A stretch of DNA of 64,000 bases from Tepidisphaera sp. (GCA_050916045.1 CP051526.1:2400001-2464000); one strand, 5' to 3'; shown: positions 10,752 through 21,055, counted from the first letter of the stretch. Notes: generated from the letters alone by a model not told the origin. Program-made: numbers and translations.

Positions 10752-10812
10752 CGCAAATCTCCTGTGGGATCCCAAAAGTAGCCGCGGTTCAGCCCTCAGG
10801 CCCGTTCGCCGT

Positions 10813-10880
10813 GGTACAGGCCTCTGGCCTGTGCCCAAATGCCGGGTGCCATCGGTTGGGTCGCCTCGACCCTACCGATG
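10813..10880. repeat. pair of REP-like palindromes
   Basis: GGTACAGGCC-TCT-GGCCTGTGCC and CATCGGTTGGGTCG-CCT-CGACCCTACCGATG. Confidence 0.45.
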
Positions 10881-11145
10881 CTTGTGCGCCGGACGCGGGA
10901 AGACACTAAGGGGACGCGAAAAGCATCCATCGCGAGATGAGCACATTTGCCGCGGCGTCAACGAACCGAATCCAACTGGCACCACCCTCCCCGCCAGGTG
11001 GCACGCAAGCCACCCGCCTCCCTGCGGCTCGGTATACTCGGCCCGATGACCGGCAACGAGCTTGCAGATCTCGACATTGAAGGACAGAACACCCACCACC
11101 ACTCGCCCGCCCGCAATCCACCAGTACTTTTTTGAGCGAGGCAGC

Positions 11146-11514
11146 ATGTCAGGACTATTCTGCATTCGATACGGTCAAACATGGGCCCCAAGCCGATACA
11201 CCTTTCAGCAGTTTTGCAGGCTGTTAAGCGCCGTTTTGCCCGATCAACTTCGCGAGGACGTGGCATTGGCCGCTCTTCATGAGTATCTCTCACTCCGCAA
11301 TCCGAAACTGCGCCCGCACATGGACAAGATCCTTTCGTCCGCAGAGTGGGTGTGCGTAGATATCCTTCAGAATCGCATCGAAGGCGAGTCGACTCCCTTT
11401 GGTCCGAACGATCACTGGCGAGTCGAGATCGAGCGTTTGCGTCAGTTGCTGACAGATAAAGCAGTGCTCGGAGACTTGGGCGAGATGGAGTTCGCCGACC
11501 CCGAGTGGACGTAA
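11146..11514 (+). CDS. hypothetical protein (lower GC)
   Basis: ATG preceded by GAGG; atypical codon usage; no recognised family. Confidence 0.45.
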   Translation: MSGLFCIRYGQTWAPSRYTFQQFCRLLSAVLPDQLREDVALAALHEYLSLRNPKLRPHMDKILSSAEWVCVDILQNRIEGESTPFGPNDHWRVEIERLRQLLTDKAVLGDLGEMEFADPEWT

Positions 11515-11548
11515 CGGACGTCGAAACCACGAAACGCGAGCCTTCTCC

Positions 11549-12010
11549 ATGCAAGACTCAGAGTTTGTCGGGTACCCGGTCGATATCGAGACTGTCTGGC
11601 TCGCCGTCGACCGTGACGAACACTTGGCGGCGTTCTACACGAGCGGCAACGGACCGATCCCTCTGGCGGTGCTCGAAGCGACCAACGTGCCTGCCGTGAC
11701 GCAGACCTGGTCTCGATTGAAAGCACTCGCCCAACGCCGTAACGTGCGGCTCGACTGCGCGGACCCGTACGGCAAAATCACGGAAGTCGCCCAGCGCGGC
11801 CTCTATGTCTACGCCTGGTCCTCGGGCGTCCAAGGATCACCGGGAAAGTTCGAGCGAGAAGGTTCTCCTGTGACTCCCCTCAGGCTCGCCGACTTTCCCG
11901 AGGACATTCGCATGATCGCGTCGCTTTCCTTCCGATTCCCAATGTCGTTTGCCCAACTCTCAGTCATCAACGACGTCGGCTGGGCTGGTCGGTCACTTCG
12001 TGTCACCTAG
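11549..12010 (+). CDS. hypothetical protein, possibly immunity-like
   Basis: WLAVDRDEHLAAFYTSGNGPIP and AQRGLYVYAW look like conserved motifs. Confidence 0.55.
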   Translation: MQDSEFVGYPVDIETVWLAVDRDEHLAAFYTSGNGPIPLAVLEATNVPAVTQTWSRLKALAQRRNVRLDCADPYGKITEVAQRGLYVYAWSSGVQGSPGKFEREGSPVTPLRLADFPEDIRMIASLSFRFPMSFAQLSVINDVGWAGRSLRVT

Positions 12011-12146
12011 ATCGACCCGCCGCGCACGTCGATCAAGCATGGACCCACAAAGCCGCCCGCTCTTACGCCCACATCCCCTCCTTATATCGATGCCCATCCA
12101 TCCATCTCGCAAAACAGTCCCCTGCGCTGCCGCTAAACTCAACCCC

Positions 12147-12623
12147 ATGAAGCCCGTCGTTTACATCGAGACAACCATCGTCAGTTACCTCGCTGCCAAG
12201 CCCAGTCGCAACGTGGTGATCGCGGGCCAACAGCGTGTCACCGCTCAGTGGTGGTCTCAACGACGAAGCGCCTTCGACGTCGTGGCTTCGGAGGCTGTCG
12301 CGTTCGAGGCGATGCGCGGCGATGCACTCGCGGCAGCGAAGCGAAGTGCATATCTCGCGAATCTTCGATACGTCCCGCTCGACGAGGCTGTCGCCTCGCT
12401 TGCAAAGCGATTGCTTTCAGGGGGAGGCCTCCCCGCGAAGGCAGCTCAGGACGCTGTGCACGTGGCCGCTGCCACCATCGCAAAGGCAGACTTCCTCCTC
12501 ACCTGGAACTGCCGCCATATCGCGAACGCAGCATTGCGTCCACGCATAGAATCGATCTGCAAGGCCACCGGTTTCAAACCCCCGGTGATCTGCACGCCCG
12601 TTGAGTTGATGGAGGCACCATGA
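12147..12623 (+). CDS. PIN-domain (VapC-like) toxin
   Basis: VYIETTIVSYL, DAVHVAAATI, FLLTWNCRHIAN, PVICTP. Confidence 0.85.
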   Translation: MKPVVYIETTIVSYLAAKPSRNVVIAGQQRVTAQWWSQRRSAFDVVASEAVAFEAMRGDALAAAKRSAYLANLRYVPLDEAVASLAKRLLSGGGLPAKAAQDAVHVAAATIAKADFLLTWNCRHIANAALRPRIESICKATGFKPPVICTPVELMEAP

Positions 12624-12817
12624 AGCCCGTAAAAATCACGAAAGACCCGATCGTCGCCGAGGTCCACAAGGTCCGTGACACGTTCGCCAAGCGACACGGG
12701 TATGACGTGGACAAAATCATCGCCGCAATCGGCAAAGAGATGGGCTCGCGGGCTCGATCAACCGCCAAGCCGCAAGGTCCCAAGAAAACAACCAAACGCA
12801 AACGTCGCGCCGCGTAA
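12620..12817 (+). CDS. putative antitoxin partner of the PIN toxin
   Basis: ATGA overlap with the PIN stop; DPIVAEVHKVRD...HGYDVDKI typical of small proteins downstream of this PIN subfamily. Confidence 0.65.
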   Translation: MKPVKITKDPIVAEVHKVRDTFAKRHGYDVDKIIAAIGKEMGSRARSTAKPQGPKKTTKRKRRAA

Positions 12818-12824
12818 GCAACGT

Positions 12825-15800
12825 TCACCGCCCGCGCACGCCCTCCGCTACCCCCTCCGCCCGATACCTGTAATAAACCTCAAGACTCAACGTACACGCC
12901 GCCGTCTGGTACACCCGCCCCCCAAGCCGCGACCACTCATCCGTCGGTGCCCAACTCCCCGCCATCTTCCCCTCCTTCGACTGGTTCGCAAGCAGCTCCC
13001 GCACAAGAGCCTCGTTCCACGCTTTCCACGCTTCCCCCTGGTGCTGGAACAACGCAAGCGTCGCGTAATACCACGAATACGTCGGTGCACCCTCGCCCCA
13101 CTTCGGAAGCGTCCCGCGAACGAATCGCGCCGACTCCTCCATCATCCGCTCCTCGCGCTTCCGCCCGAGGATCTGCTGCACGAACATCGCTTCCGCCGTC
13201 ATCGCCGCGCTCGCCGCTCCCCCCTTCGCGTACGCGTACCGCCCCGGCTTCCCCTCCACCGTCACATACTCAAGCCATTTCCCCGCCGCGTCAAACGTCG
13301 CTTTCGGCACGTCCATCCCCGCCCGCCGCGCACTCTCGATCGTGAACACAAGCCAGCCCAGCACCGACGTGTCCTTCTCGCTCCCCCGCTTCCCGCCGCC
13401 CGAAGCCCGCTCAAGCACAAACGCCACCGCCCGCTGCGCCGGCTTCACCAGCGCCGGATCCTGCGTCATCGCCAAAGCCTCGCACAGCGCCACCGTCCCC
13501 ACCGTCTGCCCGTACATCGTCTCCCCGCCGCGCAGATCCCCATCCGCACCCTGCCGCGCGAGAAGCCACGCCAGCGCCCGCGCGACACGCTCCCGGTACG
13601 GCCCCTCATCCATGTGCGTGTGCCCCGCTCCGAGATAACAGAGCAGCACCATCCCCGTCATCGCCGCATCCGCCTTCACCTCCGCCCCACCGCCACACTC
13701 CCCGCACCCATCATCAAACCGCTGAGCACTCCACGACCCGTCCGCCGCCTGGTGCTTCGCAAACCACTCGAGCGCAAGCCCGACCGCTTTCTCCGTCTCC
13801 GCGCTCCCGCCCATCTTCTCCACAAGCTCGCGCCGCACCTCCGGCGCCCGCTGGTCAAACGTCTCGACCGGCGCCGACACCACCGGAAGCCGCGCATCAA
13901 GCTCATTCTCCGCGCCGTCCCCACCCCCAGCCTCCGGCAACAGATCAGCGCCCGGCCCACCGCGCCGCTCACGCGACCGCTCACCCGCAACCTCGCCAAG
14001 CCCAAGGCCAAGCTGAAGTCCCGCTCCCGGCGGCGCATCCTTCTTCTCCGAGCCCGCCGCTCCCGGCTCGATCATCACCAAGCCGCTCGCCCCCGCTCCG
14101 TTCCCCACCGGCGCCGCCACGCTCGGCGAGTCGCCCGCTCCCTCCAGCACGCCATCAACCACCCCCCGCCCGCCCGACGGCTCCGCTTTCGCGCCCCCGC
14201 CGCCATCACCAGCCCGCACGCCCGGCACCGCCGGCATCACACCCGCCGGCTCACCCGGCGCAACCATCTCCGCGCCAGACATCGCCACCCGCTCGCCGCG
14301 CCCTGCCCCACCCGCAGCCGTCGGCTCCTGCACGACGCTCGCTCCATCCCAACTCCCCCCGCCCTTCGCCGCAAGCGGAACCTCCACCGATCCACCCGCC
14401 GCGCTCTTCCCCGAAACCGACTCCACTCCCGCCACCGGCCCGCTCCCGGCAACTTCGCTCGCCGCAAGCTCACCCACCGCAAGCCCCGCCGCTTCCCGCT
14501 CCGCGCCCGTCCCCTGCTTCGCTCCCGCTTGCGGCACGCGAGCCTCCGCCGCGACCGATCCCGCGACCTCCACACCCTGAGCAACCTTCACCTCGCCCCC
14601 GCGCCGCGAAGCACCGCCCCCCGCGACCGTCGGCTCCGCCACCGGCACAACTCGCTCACCGCTCGCTCGCGGCGTGATCTCCGCCCGCCCCGCCGACACG
14701 CCCGCGCTCGGCACCGCCGCGACTTCCGGAGCCATCGCCCCGACATTCACCTCGCCCCGCCGCTCCTCGCTCGCCGCTTCTCGAGCCGCCGCTTTCGGCA
14801 CCGACACTCCATCATCGCTCGCCGCTCGCGGAGCTTCCACCGCCCGCACCGCCGCGGCCCGCTCCGGCGCCGAAGCCGTCTCGCCCCGCATCGCTTCGTT
14901 CCGCTCCGACACTTCCGCCAAGGGTGCAGCCACGCTCTCAAACTCCAACCCGCTCATCATCAGCGCCGGCGCCTCCGCCGCAAGCTCCGGCACCATCACC
15001 GCGCCGCCGCCCGACGAGATCCCCCGGATCTGCCCAGCCGCCGACCCGCCCGGCGTTCCCGAAGCAATCACGATCCGATTCCCGCCGCCGCCCCCGCCTT
15101 GCACAAGGTCGATAATCCCCGAGCCCACCTTCCAGATCGAGAAAAGCGAAGCCAAGCACGCGTGAACCACAAGCGACACCAACAAGCACCGCGCCACAAG
15201 CCCCAACCGCCCCAGCCGCTTCCGCCACACATCACTCGACATCAGCTTCGCAAGCAAAAGCAGCGGCAGAAGCGTCAGCAGCAAAAGACCAAGCCACGGC
15301 AGAAACCCGAGCACATTCAGCTTCGCACCCGGCTCCGCAAACCGATACACCTCGCGCGACACCGTGAACCACAGCGCATACCTCGCAAGCCCACCGCCCG
15401 CTTCCTCCTTCGCCCGGTCCGAACTAAAGCAAAGCCGGAACCCATCCGCCGTCAGCGCCGGATCCAGGTCGTTCGCCGCCGAGTTCACCGCCGATCCCAG
15501 ATTCTCCGCCGCCGACTGATCCTGAACCCGCGCCCGGTACAGGTCAAAACCGCCAAGCCCGCCCGCCCGATCCGACGCGAAGTACAAATAGTCCCCCGCC
15601 GGGCTCATCGCCGGCGCTCCCTCATCCGCTTCCGTATTCAGCCACGCCGCCGCTTGCGCCGCTGCGGCCATTCCCTCACGCAGCTCCGCGCGGTACAGGT
15701 CATAATCCCGCCGCGTCCGATGCTCACGCACCGTCGCGCTCCACGTTTCATCGCTCGTCGCCGGCTCACCCGCTCTCGGCCGGTTCGACGAGAACCAAAG

Positions 15801-16355
15801 CACGTTTCCCTCCGGCGACAGCGCCGGCCCGTACTCATTCCACTTCGAGTTCACACCCTCACCAAGATTGACCGGCTCGCCCCAACCTTCTCCCTCCCGC
15901 TCCGCGGCCCACAGGTCATACCCGCCCGCGCCCCCCGCTCGATCCGAGTAGAAGTAAAGCCGCTTCCCGTCCGCCGAAAGCTCGGGCCCAAGTTCATCCT
16001 GCTTGGTGTTGACCGAAGCAATGGCCTCCGCCTCGCTCCACCCGCCCGGCGTCCTTCGAGCCATCCACAGATCCGCCGTCCCGCCCGGCTTGCCACGAAC
16101 GAACACAAGCGTCATCCCGTCCGCGCTGTACCGCGGCTCATATTCATCCGCCGACCCGCCCGCCGCGCCCGGCATCGACTCCGCAGGCTTCCACAGGATC
16201 TCTCGCACCGGCGCACCCTGCGCCGCCACCCGAATCGCGCCGCCATCCGTCCACCATTCCGCCCCGCGCGTCCGCCACCCGGCCATCGCCACAAGCGTGA
16301 CGGCCCCGACCGCCCCAATCACCACCACCGTCGCAAGCTTCAGCTTGACGTTCAT
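12825..16355 (-). CDS. TonB/TolA-like membrane protein: PD40 propeller, SxxxH TM helix, long linker, prenyltransferase/squalene-cyclase-like barrel
   Basis: about five PD40 repeats (e.g. GPELSADGKRLYFYSDRAGGAGGYDLW); TM LLVSLVVHACLASL; A/G/P/E-rich linker; QAADGSW, QGADGDL, YSWYYATLALFQ, GGRVYQTAACTLSLEVYYRY. Confidence 0.8.
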   Translation of the reverse strand: MNVKLKLATVVVIGAVGAVTLVAMAGWRTRGAEWWTDGGAIRVAAQGAPVREILWKPAESMPGAAGGSADEYEPRYSADGMTLVFVRGKPGGTADLWMARRTPGGWSEAEAIASVNTKQDELGPELSADGKRLYFYSDRAGGAGGYDLWAAEREGEGWGEPVNLGEGVNSKWNEYGPALSPEGNVLWFSSNRPRAGEPATSDETWSATVREHRTRRDYDLYRAELREGMAAAAQAAAWLNTEADEGAPAMSPAGDYLYFASDRAGGLGGFDLYRARVQDQSAAENLGSAVNSAANDLDPALTADGFRLCFSSDRAKEEAGGGLARYALWFTVSREVYRFAEPGAKLNVLGFLPWLGLLLLTLLPLLLLAKLMSSDVWRKRLGRLGLVARCLLVSLVVHACLASLFSIWKVGSGIIDLVQGGGGGGNRIVIASGTPGGSAAGQIRGISSGGGAVMVPELAAEAPALMMSGLEFESVAAPLAEVSERNEAMRGETASAPERAAAVRAVEAPRAASDDGVSVPKAAAREAASEERRGEVNVGAMAPEVAAVPSAGVSAGRAEITPRASGERVVPVAEPTVAGGGASRRGGEVKVAQGVEVAGSVAAEARVPQAGAKQGTGAEREAAGLAVGELAASEVAGSGPVAGVESVSGKSAAGGSVEVPLAAKGGGSWDGASVVQEPTAAGGAGRGERVAMSGAEMVAPGEPAGVMPAVPGVRAGDGGGGAKAEPSGGRGVVDGVLEGAGDSPSVAAPVGNGAGASGLVMIEPGAAGSEKKDAPPGAGLQLGLGLGEVAGERSRERRGGPGADLLPEAGGGDGAENELDARLPVVSAPVETFDQRAPEVRRELVEKMGGSAETEKAVGLALEWFAKHQAADGSWSAQRFDDGCGECGGGAEVKADAAMTGMVLLCYLGAGHTHMDEGPYRERVARALAWLLARQGADGDLRGGETMYGQTVGTVALCEALAMTQDPALVKPAQRAVAFVLERASGGGKRGSEKDTSVLGWLVFTIESARRAGMDVPKATFDAAGKWLEYVTVEGKPGRYAYAKGGAASAAMTAEAMFVQQILGRKREERMMEESARFVRGTLPKWGEGAPTYSWYYATLALFQHQGEAWKAWNEALVRELLANQSKEGKMAGSWAPTDEWSRLGGRVYQTAACTLSLEVYYRYRAEGVAEGVRGR

Positions 16356-16410
16356 AGTTGCTCATCCTTCCGCGACCCGCCGCAACGTTTCCGAAAGCCT
16401 CACCGCGCCC

Positions 16411-16833
16411 TCACCGCATCGGGATCGTCTCGAGATACGGCTGCTGGATCCCCGCGCCCTTGCACACATCAAGCACCGAAGCCACGTTCGCGTACGGCGT
16501 GCTCCGATCCCCGCGCACGCTCACCTTCTGATCCGGATTACCCGCCACCGCCGACTTCATCACCGCTTGAAGTTCCTCAAGCGTCACCTTCCGCCCCGAC
16601 ACGTCTATCGCCCCGTCCGCCGCGATGTTCACGATCAACTCGCGCATCGCCGCCGAGATCGGCCCCGACGACGACGCGTACGGCAGCGCGATGCTCATCT
16701 CCCGCTGCGTCTGCGCCATGCTCGTCGCCAGCAGAAAGAAGATCAAAAGGTTGAAAAGCACATCCACCATCGGCACAAAATCAATGTGCAGGTCTGAAGC
16801 ATCTCCTCCCGCCCCGCCGCTTCGAATCAGCAT
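16411..16833 (-). CDS. exbD: ExbD/TolR family protein
   Basis: IDFVPMVDVLFNLLIFFL with the conserved TM Asp; VRGDRSTPYANVASVLD; RBS GAAGGAG. Confidence 0.9.
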   Translation of the reverse strand: MLIRSGGAGGDASDLHIDFVPMVDVLFNLLIFFLLATSMAQTQREMSIALPYASSSGPISAAMRELIVNIAADGAIDVSGRKVTLEELQAVMKSAVAGNPDQKVSVRGDRSTPYANVASVLDVCKGAGIQQPYLETIPMR

Positions 16834-16844
16834 CGCACCCTCCT

Positions 16845-17606
16845 TCACACGCCCGCCGTCGGCACAAGCTCACCGTTCGACGCCGCGTGCGCCGCCGCCG
16901 GCAAGGGCGCCGCCACCACCGGCGTCACAACCGGCACCGCCGCCACCACCCCATCCTCCTCACCTGCAAGCCACAGCGCCGCCGCGTTGTCCAATGCCCC
17001 CGCCGCCGCATCAATCCGCGCCATCAGCCACTGAAACGCCAGAATCGCCGGGATCGCCACCACAAGCCCAGCCGCCGTCGCCGTCCACGCTTCGTGGATG
17101 CCCTGCGCAAGCCGCTCCGTCTTCCCCAGCGAATCCGCCGACGCCGCCACCACCGTGAACGTCCGGATCATCCCGAACACCGTCCCCAGAAGCCCCAGCA
17201 TCGTCGCCACCTGCGGCAACGATGAAAGCACACGCATCCGCTGACGCAGCTTGCGCATCTCCCGCTCCCCCGCGTCGCTCACCGCTTTCTCCTGCTCGGC
17301 CTTCATCCCGTTTCTCGCACGGATCGCCGCTCCGATCACCGCCGCGAGCGGGCTCTGGTCCCCCGCACACCGCTCCAGCGCTCGCTTGGGATCACGCCTC
17401 AGCCCCATCAGCGCCTCAAGCAGCGTCGGAGGCACCACCCGCGCCCGCCGCGTCAGCACCAGCCGCTCCACCACGATCGTCATCGCCGCAAGCGAGCAGA
17501 TCGCAAGCGGAATCATGATGATCCCGCCCTTCATCGTCATGTCCCACACCGTCGACACAAACCCCGCTTCCGCCGCCGGCGCCGCCGCCATCATCACATC
17601 CATCAT
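16845..17606 (-). CDS. exbB: ExbB/TolQ/MotA proton channel protein
   Basis: GGIIMIPL, MLGLLGTVFGMIRTF, LAQGIHEAWTATAAGLVVAIP; RBS AAGGAG. Confidence 0.9.
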   Translation of the reverse strand: MMDVMMAAAPAAEAGFVSTVWDMTMKGGIIMIPLAICSLAAMTIVVERLVLTRRARVVPPTLLEALMGLRRDPKRALERCAGDQSPLAAVIGAAIRARNGMKAEQEKAVSDAGEREMRKLRQRMRVLSSLPQVATMLGLLGTVFGMIRTFTVVAASADSLGKTERLAQGIHEAWTATAAGLVVAIPAILAFQWLMARIDAAAGALDNAAALWLAGEEDGVVAAVPVVTPVVAAPLPAAAHAASNGELVPTAGV

Positions 17607-17642
17607 CGCGCACTCCTTCATCCACGTCGTTCCGACCCACAC

Positions 17643-20600
17643 TCACCGCGCCGCCGCCCCCTCACGTCCCGGCACCGGCGCCGTCGCTTTCGCCGCAAGC
17701 ATCTCCTTCGCCATCCCCGCCCACGTCGTCTCCGGGAACCGCTTCACCACATCCTCGAACTGCCGCGTCGCATCCTCGTTCCGCCCCATCTCCGCCAGAC
17801 ACCGCCCCGCTTCAAAGATCGCCGCCGCACTCCACTCCGGATAGTCAAACAGCACATCCGTCTTCAAAAGCTCCGCCGAAGCCTGCTCATACTTCTTCTG
17901 CGCGTACAAGCACTCCCCGATCTGAAACTGCGCCCGAGCCGCCGTCGCCCCCTTGTGCTTCTCCACAACCTCGCGGTAATGCCCGATCGCCGCGTCGTGC
18001 TTCCCCTGGTTCTCCAAAGCCCACGCCACCCCGAACCGCGCCTGGAACCAAAGCTCCGACTTCGGCTCCATCTCCAGAAACGACGCATACGCCCGCTCGC
18101 TCGCCGCCCACTCCTGACACGCCGCCAGCGCATCGCCAAGCCGAAGCGTCGCCCCCGCTTTGACCGACCCCGCCTTCGTCGGCCCCGCCCGATCCGCTTT
18201 CACCGCCGCCGCAAACGCTTCCGATGCCGCTTTCGCCTGCCCCGTCGCAAGCAGCGCCTCCCCATGCAGCAAGCTCGCCGCCGCCAGCGACCCGCTCTTC
18301 GGATAGACCTTCGCGAAATCCTTCAGCCCCGCCGCCGCTTCCGACGCTTTCCCCTGCTTCAAAAGCGTCGCCGCCCGCAAGTAAGTCCCCCGCTCGCGGA
18401 TCCCGCTCGCCGCCTCCCCATCAAGCTTCTCCGCCGCCGCCACACCGCGTTCGATCAGCGCAATCGCCTCCGCGTGCTTCTCCGCTTTGCTCTCAAGCTG
18501 AGCAAGATCCAGCGCCGCATACGCCTCCACCCGCGTCGATCCCTCCGCCAACACCGCCCGATACGCCTCCGCCGCCTCTACCGCTTTCTCAAGCGACCGC
18601 AGCGCCAGCGCCCGCTCATAAAGCACGCCCGCCCGCTCCACCGCTCCAAGCTTCGTCACGTCCCCGATCGCCTCAAACCGCTTGATCGCCTCCTCGTGCC
18701 TCCCCTGCCGGTTCAGCGCGATCACCAGACTCGCCGCCGCCTCCGCCGCCCGCTCACCCTTCGGGTTCACCTCAAGCATCACCGTCAGCGCCTGCTCCGC
18801 TTCCGCGTACTTCCCCGCCGCGAGCAGAGCCGAAGCCAGATCAAGCCCCGCCCCGCCATCACCCCCCGGCGCATTCGCCAGTTTCCCCAGAATCTTCGCC
18901 GCTTCCTCGTGCTTGCCCTGCCTCGAAGCGATCGTCGCCAAGTGCCGCTCCGCGTGCGCCTTGATCGCCGCGTCCGCCTTCTCCGAAGCCGCGACCTCTC
19001 GCAGCACCGCTCCCGCCTCGTCAAGCTTCCCAAGCTCAATCAGCGACTGCCCCGCTTCGAACATCGCCTGTGTCGCCGCCGCCGAAGCCGGCTCCGCTTT
19101 CACCACCCGCTCGAACACCGGCACCGCTTCCGCGAACCGCCCCTGACGCTGCATGCAGATCCCCTGCCGCAGCATCGCATCAACCTCTTCCGCCCCGCCC
19201 TCCTTCACGATCATCGCGAACCACGCTTCCCCCTTCGCCCACTCCCGCTCCGCAAAGCAAAGCTCGCCAAGCGCCATCAGCGCCGCCGACCGCACCCCCG
19301 CATCCTGCTCCACCTTCATCGCCACCGCAGCTTCCAGCGCCGCACGCCCCTCATCCCCGCTCCCCGTCTTGACAAGACAAAGCCCGCGCCGCACCATCGC
19401 CCGCCACGCGTGCCTGCTCTCCTTGAACCCCTTCAGGAACGCTTCGTACGCCCCCAGTGCCTCCTTCATCCGCCCCGCCGCGTACTCGTTCTCCGCGACA
19501 AGCAAGCCCGCCGACTCCGCGAGCGCCGCCCCCGGCTTCTTCCCCGCGACCGACACGCAAAGGTCCAGGCTCTGCTCATACTTCCCAAGCCGGTGAGCAC
19601 ACCACGCCTCCGCGACCATCGCTTCCGCCGCGAGCGGGCTCGCTCCAAACTTCCCGCGCCACCGCCCCCACTCTTCCAGCGCCTCCGCATCCTTTCCCGC
19701 ACGCGAAAGCGCCGCCGCCCGGTCAAACAGCATGTCCGGGACCAGCTCGCTCCCCGCAAACTTCGCCGCCGCAAGCCCCAGCCGCTCCGCCGCTTCCGCG
19801 TGCCGTCCCATGGCAGTCTCGCACTTCCCGGCCCAGTACGCCGCTTCCGCCGCCAGATTCGCCGCTTTCGACCCCTGGGCCGACGCGAACTCCTTCATCC
19901 CCGCTTCGGCTTTGCCCTGCTCCAGCAGCACCTTGCCGCGTTCCAGCACGACCCGATCGCGAAGCTCACCCTTGAGCTCCGCCGACCACGCCTCCTTCAG
20001 CGCCCGCTCCGCCGCCGCAAAGTCCTTTGAAGCCCGCGCCGCCGATGCAAGCCCGAGCAAACCCTCCGTCCGCACCACGCCCGTCCCCGTCGCGCCGACC
20101 GCCGCATAGAGCTTCATCGCCGCCGCAAGCTCGCCCAGATGATGCCGGCACTGCGCCTCCACCAGCGCCAAGCTCGCCGCATACTCACCCGCTCCGCCCT
20201 TGGCTCGCACCCCCGCAGCCCGCGCCGCCGCCGCTTCGTGCTTGCCCAGCGCCGACTCCGCCATCGCCGCAAGCAGCCCCGCCCGCGCCGCCGATGCACT
20301 CGCCGGCCACTTCTCAATCGCGCCCGCAAGCACCGTCGCCGCTTCCGCATGCTTGCCCTGCTTGTAAAGCGACTCCCCGAGCATCACGCTCGCCCGATCA
20401 AGCTGCCCGAACGTCGGATGCTCATCCACAAGCTTGCGAAGCACCGACGACGCCCCCCCTTCATCGGCCATCGCCGCCGCGCACTGGGCCCGAAGGAGCA
20501 TCGCGTCCGGCGCGAACTCAAACCCCTTCGCGTCCATCACCTGGTCCAGCTCTTTCGCCGCTTCCGCGTGCTTGTTCATCCGCACCAAGCACACCGCCAG

Positions 20601-20810
20601 CGAGTACCGCGCGTTCGCCGCTTCCGCCCCCGCCGGCTGCTCCTTCAGGTACGTCCGAAGCTCCGCCGCCGCCAGGTCGTACAGGCCCTTGCCAAGGAGC
20701 CCGACTCCCGCCCGGTACGCTTTGTCGTCCCCCGACGCCGCACCCGCGACGCACACCACCGCCACACCCACCGCAAGCCCGATCGTCTTCGTCCGCAACG
20801 TTGGCAACAT
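17643..20810 (-). CDS. large secreted TPR protein with a CpoB/YbgF-like C-terminus
   Basis: signal peptide; roughly 20 or more TPR-like repeats; ARAQFQIGECLYAQKKY...VVKRFPET; RBS GAAGGAG. Confidence 0.85.
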   Translation of the reverse strand: MLPTLRTKTIGLAVGVAVVCVAGAASGDDKAYRAGVGLLGKGLYDLAAAELRTYLKEQPAGAEAANARYSLAVCLVRMNKHAEAAKELDQVMDAKGFEFAPDAMLLRAQCAAAMADEGGASSVLRKLVDEHPTFGQLDRASVMLGESLYKQGKHAEAATVLAGAIEKWPASASAARAGLLAAMAESALGKHEAAAARAAGVRAKGGAGEYAASLALVEAQCRHHLGELAAAMKLYAAVGATGTGVVRTEGLLGLASAARASKDFAAAERALKEAWSAELKGELRDRVVLERGKVLLEQGKAEAGMKEFASAQGSKAANLAAEAAYWAGKCETAMGRHAEAAERLGLAAAKFAGSELVPDMLFDRAAALSRAGKDAEALEEWGRWRGKFGASPLAAEAMVAEAWCAHRLGKYEQSLDLCVSVAGKKPGAALAESAGLLVAENEYAAGRMKEALGAYEAFLKGFKESRHAWRAMVRRGLCLVKTGSGDEGRAALEAAVAMKVEQDAGVRSAALMALGELCFAEREWAKGEAWFAMIVKEGGAEEVDAMLRQGICMQRQGRFAEAVPVFERVVKAEPASAAATQAMFEAGQSLIELGKLDEAGAVLREVAASEKADAAIKAHAERHLATIASRQGKHEEAAKILGKLANAPGGDGGAGLDLASALLAAGKYAEAEQALTVMLEVNPKGERAAEAAASLVIALNRQGRHEEAIKRFEAIGDVTKLGAVERAGVLYERALALRSLEKAVEAAEAYRAVLAEGSTRVEAYAALDLAQLESKAEKHAEAIALIERGVAAAEKLDGEAASGIRERGTYLRAATLLKQGKASEAAAGLKDFAKVYPKSGSLAAASLLHGEALLATGQAKAASEAFAAAVKADRAGPTKAGSVKAGATLRLGDALAACQEWAASERAYASFLEMEPKSELWFQARFGVAWALENQGKHDAAIGHYREVVEKHKGATAARAQFQIGECLYAQKKYEQASAELLKTDVLFDYPEWSAAAIFEAGRCLAEMGRNEDATRQFEDVVKRFPETTWAGMAKEMLAAKATAPVPGREGAAAR

Positions 20811-21055
20811 GCCCGCTCCTTCCGTCCGATGCCGCATCGCACACACCGGGTCGCACACCCTCCGCGCGCGGGGCCACCGCCGCGTCCGCGGGACGATGAG
20901 CCGCCGCCGTGTTCAGTGCGAGGGACTCCGCGCCGGGCCCGTCAGGGTCCGGTCGCAGGGGTGACCTTGATCCAATCCCATTTCGCTCAGGCCCGGGCGC
21001 CAAGCATCACAGCACGCCAACCGGGCACCGCTTCACCACCCCGACTCATCTCCGT

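Noticed and set aside
11500..12830. Integron cassette array
   Set aside because: No recognisable attC inverted cores between the ORFs and no intI
12825..13800. Calling the barrel a squalene-hopene cyclase
   Set aside because: No DxDD motif, single barrel, probable periplasmic location, no hpn genes
12675..16754. 1359-aa plus-strand ORF and similar long R/P/H-rich ORFs (3598-5466, 17955-20030, 43859-46516)
   Set aside because: Antisense shadows of real genes caused by high GC and strand skew; no domain motifs
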